The position numbers and the translations under genes were made by a program. Under the pieces are notes generated by a model. It was given only the letters and a program-made list of their open reading frames with translations, was not told where the DNA came from and searched no databases. A stretch of 64,000 nt of DNA, taken from NCBI GenBank assembly GCA_951406725.2, contig OX597830.1:67208001-67272000 (forward strand), written 5' to 3'. This DNA is from Octopus vulgaris (taxonomy: Eukaryota). How positions within the stretch are numbered: the stretch's first letter is position 1; the number at the start of each line of letters is the position of its first letter. Shown one piece after another: positions 1-12,293 of the stretch.

Positions 1-768
1 AATTACTTAAATTACTTAAATTATTTTGTCAGCATTTTCTTCATTTCCTTTTTTATACATATATATATATATATGAGTTATCGGTATGATTTTGTTTGTT
101 CCCTACCACCACTTGACAACCAGTGTTGATGTGTTTACATCTCCATGACCTAGCAGTTCAGTCAAAGAGACCAAGGGGATAGATTATTTTATATACCCTG
201 TAGTGGAAAAAAAAAAACCTTAATTAGACCAGGATGCATTTATTTCACTGAGCACTCATTATGAGGATAAAATGATACCACATATGATAAACAGACAGGT
301 TTAAAAGAAATCGAAAGAAAGAGGAAATAAAAGGGAAAATGGATAAATAAAGAGAAAATAAACAAATATTGATTTAATTTGGATATTCAGACCAGGCCAT
401 AGCAATAAAGTTTTATACTTTTTTGAATATTAGAAATGTAGTATTGATTGAGACGAGTAAAGTAAGTTGAAATTTTAATCATATTTAGTCACAATCCACA
501 AAAAAAAAAAAAAACTCCATTCCTCTTTATGGCATCTTGAATATATTATACTTTCTGTGCTTTATGAAATTCAATGAAACAAACTCAAGATTTCCCAATT
601 GAGTGCAGCACCATGTAATTGTTTATCTTAAGAAACAATTCTATATGTTCCCAGTCATTCAAAGTAGTTAGCCAGATCTGGATTATATCAGGTATCTTCC
701 CAGATTCCAAATCTCTACTCCTTTACATTATATAAATATACATACATATATATATAGATGTACACATA

Positions 769-1172
769 GGCGCAGGAGTGGCTGTGTGATAAGTAGCTTG
801 CTTACCAACCACATGGTTCCGGGTTCAGTCCCACTGCGTGGAATCTTAGGCAAGTGTCTTCTGCTATAGCCTCGGGCCAACCAATACCTTGTGAGTGGAT
901 TTGGTAGACGGAAACTGAAAGAAGCCTGTCGTGTATATGTATATATATGTGTATGTATGTATGTTTGTGTGTCTGTGTTTGTTCCCCTAGCATCGCTTGA
1001 CAACCGATGCTGGTGTGTTTACGTCCCCGTCACTTAGCGGTTCGGCAAAAGAGACTGATAGAATAAGTACTGGGCTTACAAAGAATAAGTCCCGGGGTCG
1101 ACTTGCTCGACTAAAGGCGGTGCTCCAGCATGGCCGCAGTCAAATGACTGAAACAAGAAAAAGAGTAAAGAG
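769..1172 (+). mobile_element. tRNA-derived SINE, family A (full length)
   Basis: Head GGCGCAGGAGTGGCTGTGTGATAAG...GGTTCAGTCCC (A/B-box-like), internal TA/TG tract, tail ...CAAATGACTGAAACAAG; many similar copies in the window. Confidence 0.85.
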
Positions 1173-1178
1173 AGATAT

Positions 1179-1233
<55 letters not shown>

Positions 1234-1506
1234 AAATTTAAATGATGAGGGTGATACATTGAATATTAATTTAATTAACATCAATTTAAAACCAGTGGCC
1301 TGGCATATAGAAAAATTTGAAAATTCAGAAAAATTGTATTACATGATGCATATAAGAAGGGATGACCACTAAGTGGACATCAAATATGCTAGAAATAGAT
1401 CACCTACGATCTAACCACACACACATATATATATATATATATATACAATTGTTTGTTTATATTCCACCTGCCTTCGTCTTTTGTTTATTTTCATAAAGCT
1501 TCCCGT

Positions 1507-1537
<31 letters not shown>

Positions 1538-1817
1538 GTATGTATGTATTGTTTATATATATGTATATATATATGCATTGTGCTTTTACAAGAAGATAGG
1601 TAACAGTGACTTTGAAGTTTTAGCCTGCTAACCATTATGAGACAGATGACTTTCAGGCCAAAGCTTCAAAGTCACTCTCACCATTCTTCTTGGAAAAGTT
1701 TTTTTTTTAAATTGATACTCTGCAAAAAGAAGTATTGGGTAATCCTTCAGTTTAATATAAAATTACTTCTGTTATGTTTTGACATAAAAACAAACACTAA
1801 CATATATATATATATAA

Positions 1818-1854
<37 letters not shown>

Positions 1855-2120
1855 TTTTCATGTGAAATCGTGTGTTGAAACAGATATTGTTGTATTTCGG
1901 AATGGTCATTTTGCCAGTTTAGCCAATAAAAACACACACACTATATATTTGGTGTTACTTTGCTTCAGTGTTATTTATTTTTTACATTAAACTTAATCTT
2001 ATTTTGGCCAGAGTTCTGTCGTCACACTCCTGTGACCGCATCAGTGGTCCTTTGTTTTCTTCTTTCTTATTTGTGTGTCTCTCCTTACTAACCGTCAGCC
2101 ATTTTGTATATATGCATATA

Positions 2121-2250
2121 GGCGCAGGAGTGGCTGTGTGGTAAGTAGCTTGCTTACCAACCACATGGTTCCGGGTTCAGTCCCACTGCATGGCAACTTG
2201 GGCAAGTGTCTTCTGCTATAGCCTTGGGCCGACCAAAGCCTTGTGGTTGG
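2121..2250 (+). mobile_element. SINE family A, 5' fragment
   Basis: Same head sequence as 769-900. Confidence 0.8.
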
Positions 2251-2602
2251 GAAGCAAGCTTCTTACCATATATTTCCCCATGGCCTTCACACATATTGTC
2301 ATAGAAGAGAATAAATGAACGACACTGCTTGTATGACAGTGACACTCACAACTATTCGTGTTAATTCAAGGCCTGAAAACACAAACACACACACGTTTCA
2401 CTTAGGTATTACGAAACAAATAACCTGGTGTAGAACTCAATATATGCATGCTTCAGAACAAAGTACCAAACAATTATAGAGTGGTAATAACAAATTGAGA
2501 TGACAAAGGAAGAAACGATTGTTATACACTTCAGTGGCTTACATCTGTTTCTGCTATAAGATACAGTGGACTCATAGTTTTCCCTTTGTTATCTCATTTT
2601 CT

Positions 2603-2629
<27 letters not shown>

Positions 2630-2635
<6 letters not shown>

Positions 2636-2778
2636 TGTGTACAGTGCTCAGGTGCACTACAACTCATCTAAAGTGTATATATAATCAGGTGTAGTTTCGG
2701 CGGATTTCAGAAAGCATGAGGGCCTTAAAGGATGCAGTGTCATGGCAGTCAACAACTGACGCAGGCAGTTTATTCCAT
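2630..2778 (-). mobile_element. CR1/L2-like LINE 3' fragment next to (TAA)n
   Basis: Near-identical to 18240-18385 and 29497-29645. Confidence 0.7.
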
Positions 2779-2809
2779 CTGGTAATATTTATTTATATAA
2801 ATCAAAAAT

Positions 2810-3420
2810 CAAAGAATCAAATCAAAATCGAAATCGATCAACATCAATGGAATTTGTAGTTGCCGGTGGCACATAAGAAAACCATCCGAACGTGGCCATA
2901 GCCAGTACCGCATCGACTGGCCTCCATGCTGGTGGCACATAACAAACACCATCCGATCGTGGCCATGCCAGTCTCGCCTGGCCTCCGTGCTGGTGGCACA
3001 TAACAAACACCATCTGATCGTGGCCGTGCCAGTCTCGCCTGGCCTCCGTGCTGGTGGCACGTAACAAACACCATCCGATCGTGGCCGTGCCAGTCTCGCC
3101 TGGCCTCCATGCTGGTGGCACGTAACAAACACCATCCGATCGTGGCCGTGCCAGTCTCGCCTGGCCTCCGTACCGGTGGCACATAAAAAAACCATCCAAT
3201 CGTGGCCGTGCCAGCCTCGTCTGGCACCTGTGTTGGTGGCACATAAAAAGCACCCACTACACTCACGGGGCGGTTGGCATTAGGAAGGGCATCCAGCTGT
3301 AGAAACACTGCCAGATCAGACTGGGCCTGGTGCAGCCTTCTGGCTTCCCAGACCCCAGTTGAACCGTCCAACCCATGCTAGCATGGAAAGCGGACGTTAA
3401 ACGATGATGATGATGATGAT
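2810..3420 (+). mobile_element. RTE LINE 3' UTR fragment with internal 61-bp tandem array and (GAT)n tail
   Basis: Matches the 3' UTR of the RTE at 32940-33423; about 6 units of GTGGCACGTAACAAACACCATCCGATCGTGGCC... with period 61. Confidence 0.8.
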
Positions 3421-3613
3421 GTATGTTGGAGGTTTGATACTGCATATAAAGTCGTTAACTCACTTTAATGTTTGTTCTATGACCAATGTTTAACTATCAT
3501 TGCCTCATTTATTTGAGCACTTCTTTTTTGCAGTCCTATTAACTCTTTGTCTCTTTTGAAAGAAACAATAGTTATTCTTGACGTATTATCTATAAATATA
3601 TATATATATAAAG

Positions 3614-3965
3614 CAAATAAGTAACAAGGCTGTCCAGGTATCAGTGCATTACGGCCATTTCAGGCAGCCCCATTTAATGAAACCATGCAAGCATTACATC
3701 CATTTGAAATACACCTCCTACTTTGGATGCATAAGACCATATAGGTTTTCAACATATAGGATACTCCATTATAGTTATAATTATGTACTCCCTAAGTTCA
3801 TCCTTCTACAATAATAACAGCAAGCATGTAATTCTTTTATTCTCTAGTTATGACGAAATGTTTGTTAAAAATTATAATGGAGTAATGCTTGCATTGTTTG
3901 ATTAAATGGAGCCACCTGAAGTGGCTGTAATGCACTGATACCTGGACAGCCTTGTTACTTATTTG
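3614..3965. mobile_element. MITE-like foldback element with ~65 bp terminal inverted repeats
   Basis: CAAATAAGTAACAAGGCTGTCCAGGTATCAGTGCATTAC at the left end and GTAATGCACTGATACCTGGACAGCCTTGTTACTTATTTG at the right end. Confidence 0.75.
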
Positions 3966-3966
3966 A

Positions 3967-4508
3967 TTTTTATTACCTCCGCCTTAGCAAATGCAGAGGT
4001 ATTGTTTTCAGTCGTGTTTGTTTGTTTGTCTGTGGACAAGATATTTTTAATAGCCACTGGACGGATTTGGATGAAACTTTCAGGGATCTTTGGCCTCATG
4101 ACTGGCATGAACTGATTAGATTTTGGGATCGATCCAGTACTAGACAAGAATTCTGGATTATTTTTCTATTTTTTTTACAGTCATGTTTGTTTGTTTGTCC
4201 GTGGACAAGATATTTTTAATAGCCACTGGACGGATTTGGATGAAACTTTCAGGGATCTTTGGCCTCATGACTGGCATGAACTGATTAGATTTTGGGATTG
4301 ATCCGGTACTGGACAAGGATTATGGATTATTTTTCCATTTTTCTTTTACTTAATTTTTGAGAACGGTCAAGTTCATTTTTAGTATTCTTGTTTGTGAGAA
4401 CAGTCGAGTTTATTTCAGATATTCTCATTTTAAAAACCATCTCCAGTTAATCGTTGAGAGGATGTTGGTGTTGCCTTGGTAGGGGGTTTGCACTGAGTGC
4501 TCTTGTTC
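3967..4508 (+). mobile_element. Non-autonomous Helentron-like (HINE/DINE-1-type) element with duplicated ~170 bp core
   Basis: TTTTATTACCTCCGCC start, GTTT/GTCT microsatellite, GGATTTGGATGAAACTTT core in two tandem copies, 3' GGTAGGGGGTTTGCACTGAGTGC short hairpin. Confidence 0.6.
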
Positions 4509-4614
4509 ACCTTATTTTGAGCTATGTGGATAATGCTGGACAGTTGGTGCCTCAGCTGAATCTTAATGACACATCTACACCTGTACTTATATACACACAC
4601 ACACACATATATAT

Positions 4615-4748
4615 GCGCAGGAGTGGCTGTGTGGTAAGTAGCTTGCTTACCAACCACATAGTTCCAGGTTCATTCCCACTGTGTGGCACATTGGGCAAGT
4701 GCTCCAGCATGGCCACAGTCAAATGACTGAAACAAGTAAAAGAGTAAA
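4615..4748 (+). mobile_element. SINE family A, internally deleted
   Basis: Head joined directly to tail at ...GGCAAGTGCTCCAGCATGG. Confidence 0.75.
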
Positions 4749-5043
4749 TATATATATCACCATGACCGACTTGGCTACCAGATGTTGCTACACATCGCTG
4801 GTCACAATGTGCTTCGCATTGTTTTAGCCTTCAAATGACACCACCCAGCTGGCTAAGTGAGCAGGCCAACAGAAGAAAGAGTGAGAGAAAGTTGTGGCGA
4901 AAGAGTACAGCAGGGATTGCCACCACCCCCTGCCAGAGCCTTGTGGAGCTGTAGGTGTTTTCGCTCAATAAACACTCAAAACGCCCGGTTTGGGAATCGG
5001 AACCGCAATCCTACGACCGCGAGTCCGCTGCCCTAACCACTGG

Positions 5044-5095
<52 letters not shown>

Positions 5096-5096
<1 letters not shown>

Positions 5097-5457
5097 TAGC
5101 AGTATCGCTCGGATTTGTAAGGGAAATAACTATATAAGCATTTTTAGAGATGTAAAGTATAATAGCTATCTCAATATGGCTAACCACAAAGGGGGGTGTT
5201 ATTGTAGCTTTTTACGTTCTGAGATTTAATAATAAATTTTTAGAGAGTTACTTCCCTTATATATGCCAAAAATGCATTAAAAATGGGAAGTAACTCTCTA
5301 AAAATTTATTATTAAATCTCAGAACATAAAAAGGTACAGTAACACCCCCCGCTTTGTGGTTAGCCATATTGAGATGGCTATTATACTTTACATCTCTAAA
5401 AATGCTTATATAGTTATTTCCCTTACAAACCCGAGCAACGCCGGGTGATACTGCTAG
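5096..5457. mobile_element. Palindrome of two inverted Helitron 3' halves
   Basis: CTAG at both outer ends (5096-5099, 5454-5457); ~160 bp inverted arms matching the 3' part of the Helitron at 20752-21148; flanked by (TA)n. Confidence 0.8.
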
Positions 5458-6256
5458 TATATATATATATATATATAAAAATGAATACATATTAAATATT
5501 TAAAAGAAAACTGAAAACCAGACAAAATAGATAGAAGAAAATACAGTTTTTAATATTTATATTTCAACAGAACAACATAATGACAGAATTATGTACATTA
5601 ATATACATTGTAAATTCTCTTTTGAACAATCAAAATAAGTGAGCTTGTGGAAAAATTCTCAACGTCTAAGCAAGTCCTCACATGTTGAACAGTGAGAGGT
5701 TACACGGACTTCTAAATATCTTCAGGTCGGCTACATATTAGTAAACTAGCTACTGGCAAAGTTTTGTGGTCACCATTTCACTACAACAGATAGATTTAAT
5801 TCCAGAACTTTCTTTTTTTTTTTTTTTGTTCTTCTTCATTTTTTTCAAATTTTTACATTTATTTATTATTTTTTTGTGTTGCTTGATGGAATTTTTTTTT
5901 TTTTATATATATTTATATATTTTCAAACATTGTTATATTATATTATCATTCAACTAAATTTAACAAAAACAGAAAATAAAATGAAATTAAAATGTTGAAA
6001 ATATTATGAAGTATATAGCTCTTATTTCTTTGATATAAGGAATATTATTTGTGCAATTTTCTAAGAGCCAAATTACATGAGAAAGAAAAGACGGCAATAT
6101 CTTTCTCTTGAACATGACATGGAACAATTGGTGACAATTATGGGATTAAATTTCAAAGATCTTTCTTCTGTCTCTTTTGCTTGCATGTGTGTATGTGTGT
6201 ATTTATGTATGTATGTATGTATGTGTGTACACACACACAAAAACACACACATACAT

Positions 6257-6294
<38 letters not shown>

Positions 6295-8821
6295 GTAATG
6301 TATATAATGTATATACATCATATATATGCATATATATCTTTGTATTATATGTGTATGCATGTGTGTATATACATATGTATATTTGCATGTATCTTTGTAT
6401 TCTATATGTGTGCATATGTATATGTATATTTATATGCATTTATATGTATATATATATATGCATATATGTATATACACACACACATAAATACATATACACA
6501 CACATATCTATAGATCTATGCATAAATACATATTCTTCAATTTTTTTAACCATTTTTTTTTTTTTGTCTTTTGTTTTGACTATATAAGGCTACAGTTTTG
6601 TCCGTTCTCTTGCGGTGCTGAAAATATCGTAAACAAAACACTGTATTTAACATCCAGCATTTCTTTCAGAATTACAATTTTTTAATTTTTTTTTTATTTT
6701 CATTTTTTTGTCATTTTAATTTCATTTACAATCATAAGCATTCCAGTAAGGTGTATCAAAGATAAAGATTAATCACGGTGCTATTATGCATTAATCTTTA
6801 TTCTGTTGACTTATCTAATCTTGTAGAATCATGGAGATTTATCTAATGAAAATCAACCATTGTTTTGTTTCAGAGTCTTTCATTTTTTTTTTTTTTAATA
6901 GTTAATTAATAACAATCGTTATTACAAGAAATTTTCTATATGGTTAGCATGATAGTAATATAATGATATAGTTAGCATGTGATATGTGTTTACATGTAAT
7001 GGCGTGTATCCTTTTATAACTGGACATGTTTCCTCAAAGATGATATATATATACATTCGCCTTACAAATTACATATTTACCTATCAGTGATATACGTTCA
7101 CTGAGTTCACTTTTAAGATATGTACGTATCCATTCATCCAGTTCCTCTGCCCAGTATTCCTGGGCGGGATAGTGGGAGTAGAATCCTCAGACACCTCCTC
7201 CGTACAGTCCAATCAGAAGCAACCGTCATTACACATTCTGACTGGATTTCCGAGTATGACCAAATGAGACCATGGATGTAAGCAAACCATCTTATTCTTG
7301 ATCAACCCTTACATTTTCTGCCAGTTGGCTCAGCTTGAAGAATTTGTCTTGCAATCCTTCCCCGTGACACATTCTAATCATGTGTCTTTAACAGCAGGGC
7401 TGTGACCCTCAATGCAGGAGAGGACATGCTCAGTAGGCAGATAAAAGCATGTTTAATAACAGCCATAGATGCAGAGCTGTGATTTCTCAATGCAGGAGAG
7501 CAGCTGCTTGACCTGGAGAGCATTCCTTATCTCTGAGCTATACACTCTGATGAGTAATGGTGATTCTGAGAGCCTTCAGAGGGACCCCACTTTGGCTGCT
7601 TGTTATTTGCGATTATAGGCTTTCGGTCATTCCTCGACATTCACGACCATTGGTGAGGATAAGCACAAAAACCAAATTAAAGACAGTAAGTTTGGTTTTT
7701 TTCGCTTTTTTTTTTTTCACTGACCCCTCCTCTTCTGAGGGTCAAATGTTAAAACTGATGCATCACTGTGCCAGCAACTGCAACTCAAACATGCAATTCA
7801 GGTGTCATGTATTTCAGCAATAATACAATGTTTAGGGAGCAGATATAGGCATGTCTGCCCCCAACATGTTCATTCTATTCCTTCAACAGGTCCACATAAG
7901 GTCTCTTACTTGTGTAAACATATAAACAAAACATTTATTCAGATGATAGCATGTGTTCATCCAACATCAATGTTTAATAAATCCAGTTCAGCTAACACAT
8001 TAATACATATGTTCCCCTTAACAATGATAGATGCCCACTTATCAGTAAGGCCTGTTAGAGTAGGCTTCAGTTGATGCATTGGTCTGGGGCTTTCCTGTAG
8101 AGCCAAATAGAGGCCATGAATATCCTGCCCCTGTCAAAAAAAACAAAACAAAAAAAAACAGGAAATGAAAAGAAAATCCCTTGAAGCCTTTTTTTTTTTG
8201 AGAGTGGGCAAAAGGAACTTGAGAGGTGTATAGTTCCACCATGCAAAATTTCTCTCAGGGCCCTGGCTCATCAAGTAACTTAAGGTTGGGCGTCATAGAC
8301 ACTTGCTCAGTTCAGAGATAATATACAATATTTACCACTCGGTGTCTGTATTCCTGTTAGTTATGATAGATGGTCTCCTCATTAGAATCTCAGCATCATA
8401 TTATTAATCATTAAACAGGGATTAAGGAAAAGAAGAGGAGAGGAAAGAGTTTTCTTTCGAGAACTGTTTAAAGTTTAACAAAAAAAAAAAAGAAAATTAG
8501 TTTTGCTTTTCTTTTTCTTTTTTTTTATTTTGCTGAGGTAATAGTTGACTTCAGATATTTCCATAACAGATCATATATATATATATATAACAATGCGTAT
8601 TAACAAGTATGGCTGCCATTTTTTTCGGTAGTTAACAGTTCATATGAATTTCCAATCAAGTTTTTAACAATAATGTATGAGTGTGTATGTGCTTGTGTGT
8701 GTGTGTGTGTACGAATATACACTCAGAAGCAAACACACATGTATGTATGCACAGACACAAAAATAAGTAAGATTTTGATTCAAGTATTATATATGCATGT
8801 GTGTGTATATGTGTGTATATA

Positions 8822-8857
<36 letters not shown>

Positions 8858-9015
8858 TGCATGTATATATACATGTAGAGGTAGGTACATACATATATGT
8901 ATGTATATATGCATATATTTTATTTATTTATTAATTCATATATATATATACACACACACACACACAGGCATACATACATACATATATATATATATACACA
9001 CACACACAGGCATAC

Positions 9016-9052
<37 letters not shown>

Positions 9053-9457
9053 CACACACACAGACAGGCATACATACATATATATATATGCACACAGTCT
9101 TGTTTTGTGATCTTTGGTTATATGTCTCTCTCTCTCTTCATTTTAATTAACAATTCTAATCAGACCAGTTATTATAGGAATTAATTATGCTTTCAATCAC
9201 CACATTATGGGACATCTCTATTTCCAATTCTTTAATGACATCTACTGAAAACGATGTCTTTATTAAGGGACAATTTTTTTCTTTACCTTTTTCAAGCTGT
9301 TGCTCTTTAAAAATAACATCCATTCTTTGACAGTAAGAATTGTGTTCCAGAGAGGTCACATGATTGCTTTCTACAAATTTTTGATATTTATGGTTTTTAC
9401 TACAACTAATTTTATTTCTGACTGGAATCCATAATACTGACACATTTTCATAGTGAA

Positions 9458-9489
<32 letters not shown>

Positions 9490-9671
9490 GTGTTACGACC
9501 CATTACACTCTGATTTCAAATCTTGCCAACATCAATTAAATAAAGTACCAGTCAAGTACTGGGGTTAGCCTCTCCCTTCAAAATTGCTTGTCTTGTACCT
9601 AAATAAAAAACCCAATTCATCAATCATCATCATGATTGTTGTTGTTGTTATTGATAATGTTATTATTATTA

Positions 9672-9735
<64 letters not shown>

Positions 9736-9737
9736 CA

Positions 9738-10179
9738 TTCAGTAGTTTTATTTTCATAGCGTGCTTTCATTTCACTACCGAGCGCAGCTCTGTGTGCCTT
9801 GGGTATGTGCTGTGATTTGTTGTGATGCTCTGATGGTTACTGTATGGAAAGTGTTTTGCGTAGGATGTGTGCAGTGCCTAGTAGTGCAATTTTCTGTATG
9901 TTATATGTGTTTGTAAGTCCTGGTGTTTTTGTTATGTATTTGTCTGAATATTTTTTTATCATGCCTAATGCACCTACTATGATAGGAATTGTTTCTGTTT
10001 TTAGATTCCACATTCTGGTTACCTCTATTTCCAGGTCTTTGTATTTTGAAAGTTTCTCCATTTCTTTTAGAGACACGTTGTCATCAGCCGGTATTGATAC
10101 ATCAATTAGAAAGCATTTTTTTCTTCATGATCTCTGATAACTATATCTGGTCTGTTGGCCTTAATTTCTCTATCTGTGT

Positions 10180-10180
<1 letters not shown>
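9738..10180 (-). mobile_element. R4/Dong-clade non-LTR retrotransposon 3' fragment (restriction-like endonuclease region)
   Basis: Translation ...EKLSKYKDLEIEVTRMWNLKTETIPIIVGALG...IQKIALLGTAHILRKTL; (TAA)n on both sides. Confidence 0.8.
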
Positions 10181-10237
<57 letters not shown>

Positions 10238-10242
10238 CATTA

Positions 10243-10440
10243 AGGTAGTGAGTTGGCAGAATCACTAGCATGCCAGGCAAATTGCTTAGCAGCATTTTAT
10301 CTGTCATCATGCTCTGAGTTCAAATTCCACCAAGGTGGACTCAGCCTTCCATCCTTTCCGGGTCGATAAAATAAGTACCTGTTGAGCACCAGGGCCAAGG
10401 AAATACACCAAAATCTCAGGTCTTGTGCTTATAATATGAA
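10243..10440 (+). mobile_element. tRNA-derived SINE, family B
   Basis: GAGTTCAAATTCC B-box-like motif followed by CATCCTTTCCGGGTCGATAAAATAAGTACC; related copies at 13810-14037, 16500-16675, 17830-18045, 22690-23080, 35800-36013, 55700-55890, 56890-57022 (mostly minus strand). Confidence 0.75.
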
Positions 10441-10929
10441 AGGATTAATTTAAACATCTTGGGAAAGTTATTGCCTAGATCAGTGTGAATGGCATAAAAG
10501 GTGTCATGATGCATCTAAACAATTTCAGTTGAAGTAAGAGAACAATATATAAGAATTATATCCTGCAATCAACACACACGTTTGTCCAATTTGTGGCAAG
10601 ATCAAAATCCATACCCCGGGACTCAAATTACATTCACACATCCATCGCAAATAAACGCAGCTTCTTTTATTTTTAGTCCTGTTTCCCTTTTATATTTTCC
10701 TTTAAATATTCATGCCTCAAAATCAATAAATCAATGGGAGTGACCATCATCACCATCATCATCATTATTATTATTATTTCATATACATACAAACACACAA
10801 CAAATTAGACTGTTGGAAAAAACTCCTACCATCAGATTACAACAAGCAGCCTTAGATGTCAAGAACCTTCCAGATGATGGTGATTATTATTATTATTATT
10901 ATTACTATTACTATTATTATTATTATTAT

Positions 10930-11181
10930 CTTTTTCTTTCAAATTTGCTTCCATTTCTTGCCGAGTGTCTTCCCGATTCCTAGGGCAAAGAAACTCATAG
11001 TATACATTGGTAGGCCATTAAACTTAACTCAATAGTCCGTTCATTTTGTTTTTTTAAGTTAAAAATCTATTACTACATGGGTAGTAATAGTTCTCACAGC
11101 GACAATGCTCTTCTCAATACGTGTGATGTACCAGTTAAGACAATCTTTTGCACTTCTTGCAGGGATGGTAAGCCAGGGATC
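10930..11181 (-). mobile_element. Second R4/Dong-like family 3' fragment
   Basis: Minus-strand translation IPGLPSLQEVQKIVLTGTSHVLRRALSL*, similar to the C-terminus at 9837-9930; flanked by (TAA)n. Confidence 0.7.
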
Positions 11182-11205
11182 TTATTATTATTATTATTAT
11201 TATTA

Positions 11206-11277
11206 TTCAGTAGTTTTATTTTTATTTTTATAGCGTGCTTTCACTTCACTACCGAGCGCAGCTCTGTGTGCCTTTGA
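11206..11277 (-). mobile_element. Extreme 3' stub of the R4/Dong family seen at 9738
   Basis: TTCAGTAGTTTTATT...ACTACCGAGCGCAGCTCTGTGTGCC matches 9738-9800; flanked by (TAA)n. Confidence 0.7.
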
Positions 11278-11280
11278 ATA

Positions 11281-11345
<65 letters not shown>

Positions 11346-12231
11346 TGCTTTTGTGTGCTGTAACTCATCATTTGATATTGTACTCCATGTCTTGTGGTCA
11401 ATAAAAGAAACCATCATCAGCATCATTATTATTATTATTAATTTTCGTTTTTGGATTTGGTTTACAAGATTCTTTATGTGAGTTGGTGTGTTGAAGCATA
11501 TTCTGTTGTATTTGGGGAGAGTCATTCTCTTTTGGTGCCTTATAATTTAACACACTAACCAGTAAAATTTCCACTTATTTCTCATTTTTTTTTTCCTATA
11601 ATTTTCGTTGCGTCTTGCAACCTTTTCAAGAGTCTTGACTCTGTCCGTTATTTACACTGCATTCCTTTTTGTTTGTGTGTGCGAATGTGTGTGGATCAGT
11701 GTGTGTGCGTGTGTGTGAATACCTATGCATGCATGTGTGTGTATGTATATATGTGTGTGTATGCATATGTATGTATATGTGTGAATCTGTATGTATGTGC
11801 ATGTGTTTGTATATGTATATACCTCTGTCTCCTTGTGTGTGCATGTCTGAGTGTGTGTGTGTGTGTGTGTTTTGCAACTACGTACCGTCTTTCTATGTAT
11901 GGATGTGCATCTCCTTATGTGTGGACATGTGTCTCCATATGTGTCCCTGTGTGAAGAAAAGTGTGTGTGTATATAAGGTCATGTGTTTCAGTCTCCATTT
12001 GTGTATGTGTGCTTGTCTGTTCTTATAACCTATGTTCCTATCCGTCTGTATGTTGATCTGTTTATTTTCATATCCATATGCTTACATACGTGCATATACA
12101 CATACACCCACCCACACACACTCATACATACATCTATCTACAATAAAAATAAGAAATAAGTGGAAATTTTACCAGTGTGTGTGTTAAATTATAAGGCACA
12201 AAAATAAAATGACTCACCCCAGATACAACAG

Positions 12232-12293
<62 letters not shown>

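Noticed and set aside
769-845. tRNA genes
   Set aside because: tRNA-like A/B boxes are SINE heads continuing into SINE bodies; no complete cloverleaf seen
2865-3250. CRISPR-like appearance of regular repeats (also 47533-47760)
   Set aside because: Units are contiguous with no unique spacers, there are no cas genes, and the context is eukaryotic TEs
7547-7580. CTGATGAG as a hammerhead core
   Set aside because: No downstream GAAA or supporting stems
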